Below, piece by piece: positions 25,807 through 40,126 of a DNA stretch of 64,000 nucleotides. A program made the translations under genes and the position numbers. Below the pieces are notes generated by a model. That model ran no database searches, was not told the DNA's origin, and saw only the letters and a program-made list of their open reading frames with translations. How positions within the stretch are numbered: the first letter of the stretch is position 1; every line of letters starts with the position of its first letter. Origin of the DNA: the human T2T-CHM13v2.0 reference genome, Homo sapiens; NCBI RefSeq assembly GCF_009914755.1, contig NC_060928.1; one strand, given 5' to 3'.

Positions 25807-27477
25807 CAGCTCAGACTGCCATTACCATCCAGGAGCCCTGAATGATTCTGGAGGTCAAAGGGAGGAAGGTGAACTTCTTCCTGGATAGCAGAGCAGCCAT
25901 TTCTATTCTCCTCTCCAATCCAGGCCTCCCTTCTTCCCTTAGCATGACCATGAAGGGTGTCTCAGGAAAGCTTTTAACCTGATATTTTTCCAACCCCTTA
26001 GTTGTAGTTGGGGAGACCTCGTTTTTACTCATGTCTTTTTAATCATGCCCGAAAGCCCAATTCCTCTGGGAGGCAGGGATAGTTTAGCTTATATGTGAAC
26101 CACCATCCTTATGGCTCCAGGACACACTCCTTGCCTCCCCCTGGTGGAGACTGATATCAATCCAGAAATTTGGGCAATTCAAGGGAAAATTGGCTGAGCC
26201 ACAACCACCATACTGATCTGGATCCACCTTAAGGATCCCACCTCCTTCCCTAACCAGAAAAAAAATCCCCTAAAACTAGAAGCTAGGAAAGGGCTAGAAG
26301 CCATCATTGATAACTTCAGGATGCAGGCCCTCCTCAAACCCTGCAACAGCCCTTCTAGTGCCCCAATATTGGGAGTACAGAAACACAATGGGGAATGGAG
26401 ACTGATCCAGGACTTCTGCCTCATTCATGAGGCTGTAGTTCCAATTCATCCAGTGTTTCCCAATCCCTATACCTTCATAACTCAAATACCTGAGGAAACT
26501 AAATGGTTCACAGTCCTGCACCTAAAGGACACATTTTTTTGCAAATTGCTACATCCTGACTCCCAATATTTGTTTGCATTCAAGGGTCTCTCCAACTAGA
26601 CCACCCAGTTAACCTGGATGGTGCTACTCCGAGGATTCTGGGGTAGTCCTCATCTGTTTGGACAGGCATTCTCAAAAGATCTCTCTGGGTTCCTTCATAC
26701 TTGGGTTAAAGTTTTACAAAATGTAGATGACATTCTCCTTTGTGCCCCAACTGAGGAAATCTCTCAGGAAGACACTAAGCCTCTTCTTAATTTTCTAGCT
26801 AACAGAGGATATGAGGTCTCAAAATCTAAGGCTCAGCTCTGTCAGACTTCAGTGAAGTGCTTAGGTCTAGTCTTGTCAGAGGGGACCAGGGCACTGGGTG
26901 AAGAAAGGATTAACCCTGTCTCCTCCTTTCCCTTCCCCCAAACCCTCAAACAACTGAGGGGATTCTTGGGCATGACAGGATTCTGCAGATTATGGATACC
27001 TGGGTACAATGAGATAGCTCATCCCTTGTATCACCTAATAAACTCAGGCAGCCAAGATCACTCCGGAATTTGGGAACCAGAGGCCAGAAGGGCCTTTGAC
27101 CAATTGAAATAAGCCTTGCTTGGGGCACCAGCCCTTAGTCTTCCCATAGGGAAGTTGTTCAATCTTTATGTATCAAAAAGGAAGGAAATGGCCTTGGGAG
27201 TTCTAACCCAGGCCTGAGGTCCAGCCCAGCAGCCTGTAGGCTACCTAAGCAAGGAGCTTGATTTGGTAGCTAAAGGATGGCTAGCCTGCCTTCCAGGCAG
27301 TTGCAGTGGCAGCTTTGCTAGTGCCAGAGGCTACTAAGTTAACCATGGAGAATAATAACATAATGTGGCAGGACTGCTGTCTTCTAAGGGGAGTCTCTAG
27401 CTAACAGACAACTGCCTCCTCAAATATCAGGCTCTGCTATTGGAGGGATCTACAGTTCAGTTAAGGACCCGTCTTGG

Positions 27478-27995
<518 letters not shown>

Positions 27996-30900
27996 AAGAA
28001 CCTGTCCCTGTCTAAAACCAGCCACCTTCCTCCCAGAGGAACCTGAGGAGACTGAACATGACTGCAAACAGATAGCAGTGCAAACCTATGCAGCCAGAGA
28101 GGCCCGCAAGGAAATCTCCTTAGAGAACCCAGACTGGACTCTCTTTATGGATGGAAGTTCTTTTGTAGAACAAGGGATCCATGAAGCAGGGTATGCAGCA
28201 GTCACCTTGAATGACACTATTGAGAGTGCACCTCTCTTCGGGCACAATTTCTCAACAGCTGAGCTTGAGGGTGCTTGAATTAAGCAGAAGGAAAGCAGTT
28301 GGCATTTATACTGATTATAAGCATGCTTTTCTAGTCCTTCATGCTCATCCCACTATCTGGAAAGAGAGACTTTCTCACAGCTAATGGGTTTGCCATTAAA
28401 TACTATCAATAAATTAATAGACTATTATCCTCAGTTTTCCTTTCATGGGAAGTGGCAGTAATACATTGTAAAGGCCACCATAGGGGATGGATGAAAGAGC
28501 TGAGGGAAATAAACTGGCAGACCAAGCAGCTAAATCAGCAATGAGAGGGTCCCAGATTTCTGATCCACTTGAAGCCCCTCTGATCTAGGAGGGCTCTGTA
28601 ACAGAAATAAAAAACTCAATATTCTCCTGCAGAAACAGAATGGGCCACCTCTTGGGGATACACCTTTTAGCCCTTAGAGTGGCTACAATAAGAGGATGGC
28701 AAACTTCATCTACCAGCTTCTAGCCAATGGAAAGTTCTTAAAATTCTTCACCAAGCCTTCCACCTGGGAAAGGATAAAACCTATTAATTGGCCCAAAGGT
28801 TGTTCTCAGGTAAAAAATCTGCTAAAATGATCAAACAGCTCATTAATGCTTGTGAGACTTGCCTTAAAAATAATCCTCTCAATTGATGGCCTCTCTCAGC
28901 AAGAACCCAAAGAATGGGAGGCCACCCAGGAAAAGACTAGCATATAGATTTCACCCATATGCCAAAGATAAGGGGCATCCAGTACCTCCAGGTTTGGGTA
29001 GATACCTTCACTAACTGGGTAGAAGCATTTCCATGTTGAACAGAGAAACCCAATGAGGTAATAAAAGTACCAGTTGATGAGACAGTTCCTCACTTTGGAT
29101 GCCCTAAGTACCTCCAGAGTGATAATGGCCCCTCGTTCAAGGCAGCTATCACCCAGGGGGTCTCAGAGGCACTAGGCATACAATACCATCTTCATAGTGC
29201 TTAGAGACCACAATCCTTGGGAAAGGTAGAAAAGACAAATGATATTATCAAAAGGCACCTCAGAAAACTGTCTCAGGAGACTCATCTCCCCTGGATTACT
29301 CTTCTTCCTATTGCCCTACTATGTGTTAGAAACACCCCTTTGAAACTGAGGTTAAGTCCCTTCAAAATGATATATGGACAGCATTTTCTCACCAATTATT
29401 TATTGCTAGACCAAGAAACTTCTTATTTGATTAAACATGTAACTTCTTTGGCCCATTTCCAACAGGAACTGAAACAACTATTGGAGGCCCAATCCCGTGA
29501 ACTAGGGGCCCACTTTATTCAACCCAGGGGACCTAGTACTGGTAAAGGCTCTTCCTTCTCTTTTTCCCTCTCTAGGCCTGGATTGGGCGGGAACTTAGAC
29601 TGCACTTCTTTCTACTCTTTCAGCAGTAAAGGTCACTGGAATAGATTATTGGATTCATATACTCAAGTAAAGGCCTGGAGAACTGACAGAATGACTTCTG
29701 TTGACCCAGAAGAGCACCCGAAGTACCAATGTGAAGAGAGACCTTGAGCTGATGATCAGAAAAGATAAGTATCAATAATTAACCTTCCATGGATATCCTC
29801 TTTATAGTCTTGCTTATACTTGTTCTTCTTGCCTTTGTTCTTTTCCTCACCATAAGGCATATTTGCCAAGGATCCCTTAATTCTGAACACCCATGAGATT
29901 ATCTACTCTCCTAAACTGCTATCTCTTCTAAAATGTAACTGCCCTCCCCTATACAAGATTTTATTTATTTCACAAGGGTGAAACAGCTCTGGTCACAACA
30001 TTGTTTTCAGAATGACTAGTCTATTTTACTTCTTGTTTCTGTTATCTCTCGCATTGGCATGGATTTTTCCCTTTTAGCTCCTCTTTGTATAATCTCATAA
30101 TTGGTCCATGAATACTTAACCTTCTTGTAAAATTTGTTTCTTCTCACCTAGAGGCCATCGAATGGTAAATGGTCATGCAAATGGAGCCTTGAATGATGGC
30201 CTTCTTTTTACCAGGGACCCTTAAATAGGCCTCTGAGAGAGATCCGACTGCCATTTTCCCAAAACAATGCCCCCTGTCAGCATGAAGCAGGTAGAGTAGT
30301 CATTATCCCTATCCTAATGGCAGCTAGATATACCTCTTCAGAGGGGGAATTGATAGGGACAGGAGACAGACAAATTCCTAGGCAGATAGGGACAGGTCCC
30401 TGGTGAAACTTGACCTTCAAGCCAAGGACAGTCTAATGCCTAAAAACCAAGCTACCAGTTTTGGATAGAATCCATGGACCTGAGTGAGAACTTCCATCCC
30501 CATCTTACCCACTCTCTCTCGATGAGTTCTTTCTGAATGATGCCTTTTAACAAATCGAATGGTGCCTTTTTCAAGCCCACCCATAAGCAATAAGCACATA
30601 TTCCCCCATTCTAACCCCATAAAAACCCTGGACTCAGCCTTACAGATGGCAACCCACTTTCAGGTTCTCTTTGCTGCTGAGAGCTTTCTTTCTGTTGCTC
30701 AATAAAATTCTACTCTGTCTTGTTCACTGTCCAGTGTCTGTGTACCTAATTCCACTTGGTCATGAGACAAGAACCTGGAACTCGCCAAACTGCAGGAGTG
30801 AAAGAGCTGTAACACTCCCTTCTCCTCACTGAACTACAGGAATGAAGAAGCCACTGGGTGTCTCTCCCTTCTGCTCGCTGAACTATGGGACTAAAGAAGC

Positions 30901-31761
30901 TGCAACATCAGCATCTGTTATTTTTTGACTTTTTAATAATAGCCATTCTGACTGGTGTGAGATGGTATCTCATTGTGGTTTTGATTTGCATTTCTGTAAT
31001 GATAAGTGATGTTGAGATTATTTTCATATGATTGTTGGTCACATAGATGTCTTCTTTTGAAAAGTGCCTGTTCATGTCCTTTGCCCACTTTTTAATGGGG
31101 TTGTTTGGACAATAAACGTTCTTAAATGTGCTCAACCCTATAAGTAATAAGAAAAAATGCACATTGAAACACCATATGATACCACTGTTCACCTACCACA
31201 ATGGCTAAAATGAAAGAAATAATAACAAATTTAAACAAGAATATGGAGCAACTGGAACTCACACACTGCTGGTTGTAATGTAAATTTGCACAAGCACTTC
31301 AGAAAACTGTCACTATCTATAAAACTGAACATATGTAAACCCTTTATGGAAGGACCTTGAAGAGAGTAATAGAAAAAGTCTGAAAGCCTAGAAAACTGTG
31401 TTAGTAGATGCCTGTATTAGTCCACTTTAAAAGTGCTATAAAGAACTACCTGAGACTGGGTAACTTATAAAGAAAAGAGGTTTAATTGACAAGAAGGCAA
31501 AGGGGAAGAAAGGCACATCTTACATAGCAGCAGAGGAGAGAGAAAGAAGAAGTGCCACACTTCCTCTTTCTTAAAACTATCTTCTTAAAACACTTCTTAA
31601 AACTATCAGATCTCATGAGAACTCTCTTACTATCATGAGAACAGCATGGGGAAAACCGCTGCCATGATTCAGTCACCTCCCACCAGGTACCTCCCTAATA
31701 TGTGGGGATTACAGTTCAAGATGAGATTTGAGTGGGAACACAGAGCCAAACCATATCACAC

Positions 31762-32788
31762 TGAGAGGTGAAGCCAGCTGGGCTTCTGGGTAGGGTGGGG
31801 ACTTGGAGAACTTTTCTGTCTAGCTAAAGGATTGTAAACACACCAATCAGTGCTCTGTGTCTAGCTAAAGGTTTGTAAATGCACCAATGAGCACTCTTTA
31901 AAATGGACCAATCAGTGCTCTGTAAAATGGACCAGCAGGTGCTGTAAAGACACATGCACACATATGTTTATTGTGGCACTATTCACAATAGCAAAGACTT
32001 GGAACCAACCCAAATGTCCATCAGTGATAGACTGGATTAAGAAAATGTGGCACATATACAGCATGGAATACTATGCAGCCATAAAAAAGGATGAGTTCAT
32101 GTCCTTTGTAGGGACATGGATGAAGCTGGAAACCATCATTCTGAGCAAACTATCGCAAGGACAAAAAACCAAACACTGCATGTTCTCACTCATAGGTAGG
32201 AATTGAACAATGAGAGCACTTGGACACAGGATGGGGAACATCACGCACCGGGGCCTGTTGTGGGGTGGCGGGAGAGGGGAGGGATAGCATTAGGAGCTAT
32301 ACCTAATGTAAATGACGAGTTAATGGGTGCAGCACACCAACATGGCACATGTATACATATGTAACAAACCTGCATGTTGTGCACATGTACCCTAGAACTT
32401 AAAGTATAATAATAATAATTTTTTTAAAATGGACCAGCAGGACGTGGGCAGGGCCAAATAAGGGAATAAAGGCTGGCCACCCAAGCCAGCAGCAGCAACC
32501 CGCTCAGGTCCCCTTCCATGCTGTGGACTTTGTTCTTTTGCTCTTCACAATAAAACTTGCTGCTGCTCAGTCTTTGGGTCCACACTACCTTTATGAGCTA
32601 TAACACTTACTGTGAAGGTCTCTGGCTTCACTCCTGAAGTCAGAGAGACCACGAACCCACCGGAAGGAACAAACAACTCTGGACGCACCACCTTTAAGAG
32701 CTGTAACACTCACTGCAAAGGTCTGCGTCTTCACTCCTGAAGTCAGGCGAGACCATGAACCCACCAGAAGGAACCAATTCCGGACACA
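31762..32788 (+). mobile_element. LTR12 (ERV9, LTR12F-like) solo LTR interrupted by an L1
   Basis: TGAGAGGTGAAGCCAGCTGGGCTTCTGGG start, CCAATCAG repeats, ...TCCGGACACA end; TSD acac/atac. Confidence 0.9.
31940..32424 (+). mobile_element. 5'-truncated L1PA (about PA4-5) 3' end
   Basis: ORF2 C-terminus plus 3' UTR; exact TSD taaaatggaccagcagg at 31923-31939 and 32425-32441. Confidence 0.93.
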
Positions 32789-35700
32789 ATACCACCCCTG
32801 GACACTCCCAAATTTTATGTCCTTCTCACATTTCAAAACACAATCATGCCTTCCCAACAGTCCCCCAGTGTCTTAACTCATTCCAGCATTAGCCTAAAAG
32901 TCCAAGTCCAAAGACTCATCTGAGACAAGTCCCTTTCACCTATGAGCCCATAAAATAAAAAGTTAGTTACTTACAAGATACAGTGGGGATACAGGCATTG
33001 GGTAAATGCTTCCATTCCAAATGGGAGGAATTGGCCAAAACAAAGGGGCTATAGGCCACATGCAAGTCCAAAACCCAACAGGGCTGTCATTAAATCTTAA
33101 AGTGCCAAAATAGTCTTCTTTTACTCTATGTCTCAAAACCAGGGCATGCTGATGCAAGAAGTGGGCTCACAAGGCCTTAGGCAGCTCTGCCCTTGTGGCT
33201 CTGCAGGATACAGCTCCCTTGGCTGCTTTCACAGGCTGGCATTTAGTTCCTGCAGCTTTTCCAGATGTGCAGTGCAAGCTGTTGATGGATCTACCAGTCT
33301 GGGGTCTGGAGGATTCTCACAGCTCCTCTAGGCAGTGCCCCAGTGGGAACTCTGTGTGGGGGCTTCAACCCCACATTTCCCCTCTGCATTGCCCTAGTAA
33401 AGGTTCTCCATGAGGGCTCTGCCCCTGCAGCAGACTTCTGCCTGGACATCCAGGCATTTCCATACATCCTCTGAAATCTAGGCAGAGGCTCACAAAGCTC
33501 AACTCCTGTCTTCTGTGCACCTGTAGGCCCAACACCATATGGAAGCCACCAAGGCTTGGGGCTTGCACCCTCTGAAGCAATTCCCTGAGCTGTACTTTGG
33601 CCTCTTTTAGCCATGGCTGGAGGTGGAGTGGCTGGGATATAGGGTGCCATGTCCTGAGGCTGCACAGAGCAGCAGGGCCTTTGACCTGGTCCATGAAACC
33701 ATTTTTTCCTCCCTAGGCCCCCAGGCCTGTGATGGGAGGGGCTGCTGTGAAGATCTCTGAAATGTCCTGGAGACATTTTTCCCATTTTCTTGGCTATTCA
33801 CATTTGGCTCCTTGTTACTTATGCAAATTTATGCAGCCAGCTTGAATTTCTCCCCAGAAAATGGGGTTTTCTTTCTACCACATGGACAGGCTGCAAATTT
33901 TCCAAACTTTAATGTTCTGCTTCCCTTTTAAACATAAGTTCCAGTTTCAGATCATCTCTTTGTGAATGCATATGACTGTACACTTTCAGAGAAAGCCAGG
34001 TCAACTCTTGAATGCTTTGCTGCTTAGAGATTTATTCTGCCAGATACCCTAAATTATCTCTCTCAAGTTCATAGCTCCACAGATCTCTAGGGCAGGGGCC
34101 AAATGCTGCCAGTCTCTTTGCTAAAGCATAGCAAGTCTGACCTTTGTTCTAGTTCCCAATAAGTTCCTCATCTCCACCTGAGACTACCTCACCCTGAACT
34201 TCATTTCCATATCACTATCAGCATTTTGGACAAAATCATTCAAGCCTCTAGGAAGTCACAAACTTTCCCACATCTTTCTTTTTCTGAGCCCTCTAAACTG
34301 TTCCAACCTCTGCCTCTTACCCAGTTCCAAAGTCACTTCCACATTTTCAGGTTATCTTTATAGCTGTACCCCACTCTTGGTACCAGTTTTCTGTATTAGT
34401 CAGTTTTCACACTGCTACAAAGAACTACCTGAAACTGGGTAATTTATAAAGAAAAGAGATTTAATTGACTCACAGTTCTGTGTGGCTTAGGAGGCCTCAG
34501 GAAGCTTACAATTATGGCAGAAGGCAAAGGGGAAGGCAAGGCACATCTTACATGGTGGCAGGAGAAAGAGAGGGGGGAGGAAATGCCACACTTTTAAACC
34601 GTCAGATCTCATGACAATTCACTCATTATCATAAGAACAGCATGAGGGAAACCACCCCCATGATCTAATCACCTCCCATCAGATCGCTCCCTAATATGTA
34701 GGAATTACAATTCGAGATGAGATTTGGGTAGGGATGCAGAGCCACACCATATCAATGCCTAATTTCCTTAGAGGAGACTTCAGATGGCAGCTTAAAGGAT
34801 AGTGAAGAAGTGTCATTGAAAACTATAATGAAAGAGATTTGTACTATATAGAGGAAGATGCTACAACATTGTTGCCTGCAATAACATAAAGAGTATAAAA
34901 AATGTACTTAATGAATTATGTGACCTACCTGAGTAGATTCCATTTAGACTTTTGAAGATGCCAACAGGTTTCTTCTGGTTGTGTATGGTAAAATATAAAA
35001 GAAGATAGATAAGCTAATGACAATTAAATCAAAAGAAGCCAGGAATTGTTGGGATTAAAAATTCTCAGCCTCTCCAGATGATAACTGACACTAATATTAA
35101 TAAATGACTGTTGAACAAAGTTGAATCAAGAGACTCACAGAAAAGCTGAGAGTATGGTTATAAAAATATTTTAAGACCTTAGAAATACCTCAGAACGCTT
35201 CATCAAACAATGGAGCTTCTTAAAAGCTTAAGGGTGCTGTTCCTCAGTAGGCTCAGCAGAAACTCAAGGTACAGTCAATGCCAATAATATTTATAGGAGA
35301 CCAACAAATATTTAAAGAAAATAATAATTTCAAAAACATCTACTTAGACTGAAATGAACAGAAACAGTAAAAGAGGAAAAGAGGCCTTTGGACCCCAAAA
35401 CCTCTATAGGCAGGAAGCAGGCTGAAAAAATTGTAGAGCTGCAAACACAAGCTACCTTTTACAGAAAGGAAAAATAACTTAAAAGCAGGAAAAAAGAGCC
35501 AGAATGCAGAGCCAAGAGCCACAAAAGAAATCATTCCTGGAATGGAAGAGGCCTCAGTCTTAATCAAAGAACCTCAAACATTCCAAATTCTAGCTGAATT
35601 TCAGAAGTTCTGTGGATTGGTTATTCCTGTGGTCTTTTTTCTCCCACTTTTAAACAGGAATTACTATAGCATTTATCTTACGTCAGTCTCACTATTGCAT

Positions 35701-35867
35701 GCTTGGTAGATGTGGGGCACATACCTTGTCTTTTTAGTTCACAGGTCCTCATACGAAGAGTAACTATATTTGAGGAGAGGAACTTGAGGTTCCTAATCAA
35801 GGAACCACATCTGAAGAGCTTCATTCCCACCTGGATCTGAGCCAAATGATCAGATCTTTGATTTTGT

Positions 35868-36752
35868 TGTATACTTTGAGAGATATAGTATATAGTGTCC
35901 CTATGATAGCCATAAGGTCTGTGATATAGTGAGAGACCTAGTGTGCCTATGATAGCCATAAGACCCACACAAACATCTCAGAGAGCCAACACTATGTGTC
36001 ACTTAGCAGCATGAGGCAGCCTGGCCTGGGGATTTTCTAACCCTGGCCCAGGGATTTCCAGGAGACAAAATCACCTCAGCACAATGCAACTCATAAACCT
36101 TAAAACATTGCTTACTATTACAAGAATAGCTTAAACTCTCTTTTTGAAAGAAACATCTGAGGCTGGGCGTGGTGGCTTATGCCTATAATCTCAGCACTTT
36201 GGGAAGCCGACACAGGAAGATTCCTTGAGAGCAGGAGTTCAAGATGAACCTAAGCAATATAGCAAGATCCCGTCTGTACAAAAAAATTTTTTTAATTAAT
36301 TGGGCATGGTGATTTGTGTCTGTAGTTCTAGTTACTCAAGAAGCTGAGGTGGGAGGATTACTTGAGCCCAGGAGTTTGAGGCTGCAGCTATATGATCTCA
36401 CCACTGCACTCCAGCCTGGGCTGGAGGCCCTGTCTCAAAAAAAAAAAAAAAGACCTGGCAACCAACCCAGATTGAATACAACTATGAGAAATGGGGAAGA
36501 ATCTCCCAAACTCTGAGAATGGTCTTCAGAGGAAGACCCTCCTGGTCAGGTGGCCATCTGACTCCCGACTATCTGGCCCATGCTATAGTCTGCTCTTGCT
36601 ATCCATCTTGTAAGAATGATGCCAGAATGAATAAACTGCTTGACTATCAGACAGTTTCTAAGACTCATCTTTGGTGCAAATTGGACCAAAAGGAAGTTGC
36701 TCCTGAGGAAGCTGGTTAACTAGGACTACTCAGGAGTCCTGAACGTGATACA
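35868..36752 (+). mobile_element. Unclassified LTR-like element containing an AluJ
   Basis: Interrupts MLT1-int; TG...CA ends; AATAAA at 36630; internal duplication of tagtgtNcctatgatagccataag. Family not recognised. Confidence 0.4.
36161..36451 (+). mobile_element. AluJ
   Basis: Diverged Alu dimer with J-type gagcccaggagtttgaggctgcag and a poly(A) tail. Confidence 0.9.
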
Positions 36753-37511
36753 TTCCAAACTGATGCTGCAATGTGATGAGATCTGGGGAGGTCTTGAGAG
36801 AGGATGAGTATATTTTGCTTCCCCCTAGATTGCTTTCTCTAAGAAAAGCAAGATGCCATGTCATGAAGACTTTCAACCAGCCTAAGAAGAAGCCCATGTG
36901 GGGAAGAACCGAAGCCTCCTATTAATAGCCAGCACCAATTTACCAAGTATGTGGATGAAATGGATCCTTCTGCCCCATTCAGGCCTTCAGATGACAGTAG
37001 TGCCAACCAATATTTTAAATGAAATCTCATAAGAAAACTAGAGTCAGAAATACCCAGGTAATCTGCTCCCAAATAACTGACCTACAAAAACTATGAGATA
37101 AATGTTTATTATTATAAGCCACTTCATCTTGGTGACCATTGATTAAGAAGCAATAGATAACAAATATACCATATCTTGAATATGATTATTAATTTTCCCT
37201 CATTTATTTAATTTTGCCACGTGCATATATATTCATAAGCAATACATTATTTAGCTTTATATTTTTTTAACTTCATATAAAGGTACTCCTTTTTTTCTCA
37301 TCATTATATTTGAGGGATCTGTTTAAGTTGTAACTGTTTAAACATTTTTACTGCTGTAAATATACCATTGTATGACTATACCACAATGTATCCATTCTCT
37401 AGTTGATGGGCCTTTGAGTTGTCTCTGTTTCCTTCCCCCTTCCCCCATTTCAAGCAATGCTGCTATAAGAATTCTTCCACACATCTACTTTTACAGATGT
37501 GCGAGAGTTTC

Positions 37512-38041
37512 TCTAGTTATTTTTGCTGTGTAACAAATTATCCCAAGACATAGCAGCTTAAAACAACAAAACTTAATGATTTCACAGTTTCTGTGGAACA
37601 GGAGTTTGAGAATGGTGGCCCTTGAGGTCTATCATGAAGCTGCAGTCAAGATGTCAGCTGGGGCTATAGTCATCTGAAGGCTTCACTGGGGTTGAAGGAT
37701 CTTTCAAGATGGATCACTCACATGGCTCTTGGTGAGAGGACTTAGTATCTCCCCAGCTGTTGTCAGGAGACTTCAGTTCCTTGTCACTTAGGTCTCTCCA
37801 AAAGTCTGCTTGAGTGTCCTTATGACACGGCAGCTGGCTTCTCCCACACAGCAAGTGATCCGAGAGAAAGTAAGAAAGAAGTTATAATGCCTTTCATGAC
37901 CTATTCATGGAAGTCATACACTGTCATTTCCACCATGTTTCATTCATTAGAAGTGAGTCACTAAGTCTAGTCCCTATTCAAGATGAGGGGATTAAGCCCC
38001 ACCTATCACATAATTTCCAGACTTATTTTAAAACCACCACA
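37512..38041 (-). mobile_element. MLT1 (G/H-like) LTR inside an old L1M fragment (approximate)
   Basis: tagttatttttgctgtgtaacaaatta...gcttaaaacaaca start; ttttaaaaccaccaca end. Confidence 0.7.
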
Positions 38042-38076
38042 GCTATGTTCCTACTTGATAGAATATATGCATCATC

Positions 38077-38403
38077 TGGAGCTGGAAGCCATTATCCTCA
38101 GCAAACTCACACAGGAACAGAAAACCAAACACTGTATGTGCTCACTTATAAGTGGGAGCTGAACAATGAGAACACATGGACACAGGGAGGCGAACAACAC
38201 ACACTGGGGCCTGCCAGAGGGTGGGGCCAGGGGAGGGAGAGAATTAGGAAAAATAGCTAATGCATGCTGGGCTTAATACCTAGGTGATGGGTTGATAGGT
38301 GCAGCAAATCACCATGGCATAAGTTTGCCTATGTAACAAACCTGCACATCCTGCACATGTACCCCAGAACTCAAAATTTAAATTAAAATTAAAATTTAAA
38401 AAA
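38077..38403 (+). mobile_element. 5'-truncated L1PA (about PA8-10) 3' end
   Basis: L1 3' UTR; exact 17-bp TSD agaatatatgcatcatc at 38060-38076 and 38404-38420. Confidence 0.9.
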
Positions 38404-40126
38404 AGAATATATGCATCATCAACTTTGTTAGATAATGCCAAATTATACTCCAAAAATGTTGTACCAGTTTTTACACCTACTAGCAATAGATAACAATTTC
38501 TCTTTTTCCACATCCTCACCAACTGGCATTTGTGACACTCTTTATTATTTTCTTATCTTCTCATATTCTAATAAATCTGCGCTAGTTGACACTTCAACAA
38601 GACTAGCAAAATTACCTCAATTGCAGCACTTATTACATTGCATTGAGCAAAGACCAGAAAATGATGATGGAGTGAGACATGGATTATATGACTACCTGGA
38701 AAAATATCACTGCAGAAAGTGGAAACAGGCTGAGGCTCAGAACTGGGTGCATATTGGGTGTGTTTGAGGAAAAGCAAGGTCAGCCTAGCAGTAGTACAAT
38801 AAGCAAGGGGAAGCAGGGATAAAGTTAGAGGGATAACAAGGCGGAGAGTACATCATCGAGAACCTTATAGAGCTTTGCAGAAAGCACCACTGGACAGTAG
38901 AGATATTTAGGATTCATCCGTATAGTAACCAGTAGTTCTCAACTTTTGCTGCACATTGGAATCACCTGGACTGTCTGAACCATGAATTCTCACTGTAATT
39001 TGCCTTCTCTGAATCTACTACATGTTTTGGCCACTGCTTCTCCACGTGGTCTTTTTCTGTGGTCTTTTCACATTATTTCTTCATCAGGGTAGTTGGGCTT
39101 CTTCTCATAGAACACTGTCATTTCCACTGAATGTTAGCGGTTAAAACAAGTAATGTGGCTAATACCATTTCAAGAGGAGACTACAGATAGACATGAATGC
39201 AGGGAGGCCTGATTCCCTGGAAACTACTGATATAACAAACTACCACATAAGGGGAGCATAGACACCAGGGATGTGAGGGACAATGAAAAGATGCGCAGAG
39301 AAATGAATTCTAGATCCCAGTAGATTTGTTGGAGTTAGGACACTCAAAGCAATGAGACAGGAAAACAGGTGTGGCAACTGGAGAGTAGAATGCTTGATAC
39401 AAGGAAAGGATTAAAGTCACTGGTGATGGCAATGTCTAGGGCAGTGTTTCTCGACCCCGGTGGTACATTAGAAATATATCCCATATGCCATAAGATTTTG
39501 ATATAATTAGGCTGGAGTGGGGCTGTCACTGGCATTACTTTAAAGGTCCTTGGATAATTCTACTCAAGGGCTAATTCTAATTCTAATTAAGTACCACTGA
39601 TTTAGAATATGACCTTAAGGGGAATGGCTGAGACAAGCTGTAGGACAAAATCATTTGGAACAAAAAAGTTAAACAAAAAACTGTCACCAGGCGATTGAAA
39701 TAATCACCTGCCTGAACACTGAAATTACACAAAAAATTGTGAAAGGAGTAGTGATAAAGAATGAGAAGTTCAGGACTGAAAGATTCAAGGAAAGAGTAAC
39801 TCCAGGTTTCCATTTTATGGAAAAATGATGATATCACAGGCAGAAATGGGGAAACATGGCAGAGAAATTTATTTGTGGGGAAAATGTTCAGATTTTTAGA
39901 CAAAATAATATAAATAATATAAAGACTTAATATGGCAGGGACAACTGCATATCTATGTGCGAAAGAATGAAATTGGATCTCACTCCAAAACATATACAAA
40001 AATTAACCAAAAATAATCAAAGATCTAAATGTAAGAGCTAAAAATAAAAAGTGCTTAGAAAAAAACATAGGGATAAATACTTATGGCTCTGGTTTAGGCA
40101 ACAATTTCTTAGACACAACACCTATA

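Larger units (their letters stand above)
31413..34754 (-). mobile_element. Complete MST (MSTA-like) MaLR provirus: 5' LTR 34392-34754, internal region, 3' LTR 31413-31758
   Basis: Two LTRs (TGATATGG...TAATACA on the minus strand); internal region starts GAAAACTGGTACC; exact 5-bp TSD ATGCC at 31408-31412 and 34755-34759. Confidence 0.92.
31347..37167 (+). mobile_element. Old MLT1 internal sequence plus partial 3' LTR (about 36830-37167), interrupted by younger elements
   Basis: MLT1-int-like sequence (ggaaggaccttgaagagag...; aaaatgtacttaatgaa; gctgatgctgcaatg) on both sides of the MST element. LTR ends gcaatagataacaaata. Confidence 0.6.

Noticed and set aside
33128-33801. Overlapping ORFs up to 164 aa in the MST internal region
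   Set aside because: Fragments of the MaLR internal sequence; no evidence of domestication.
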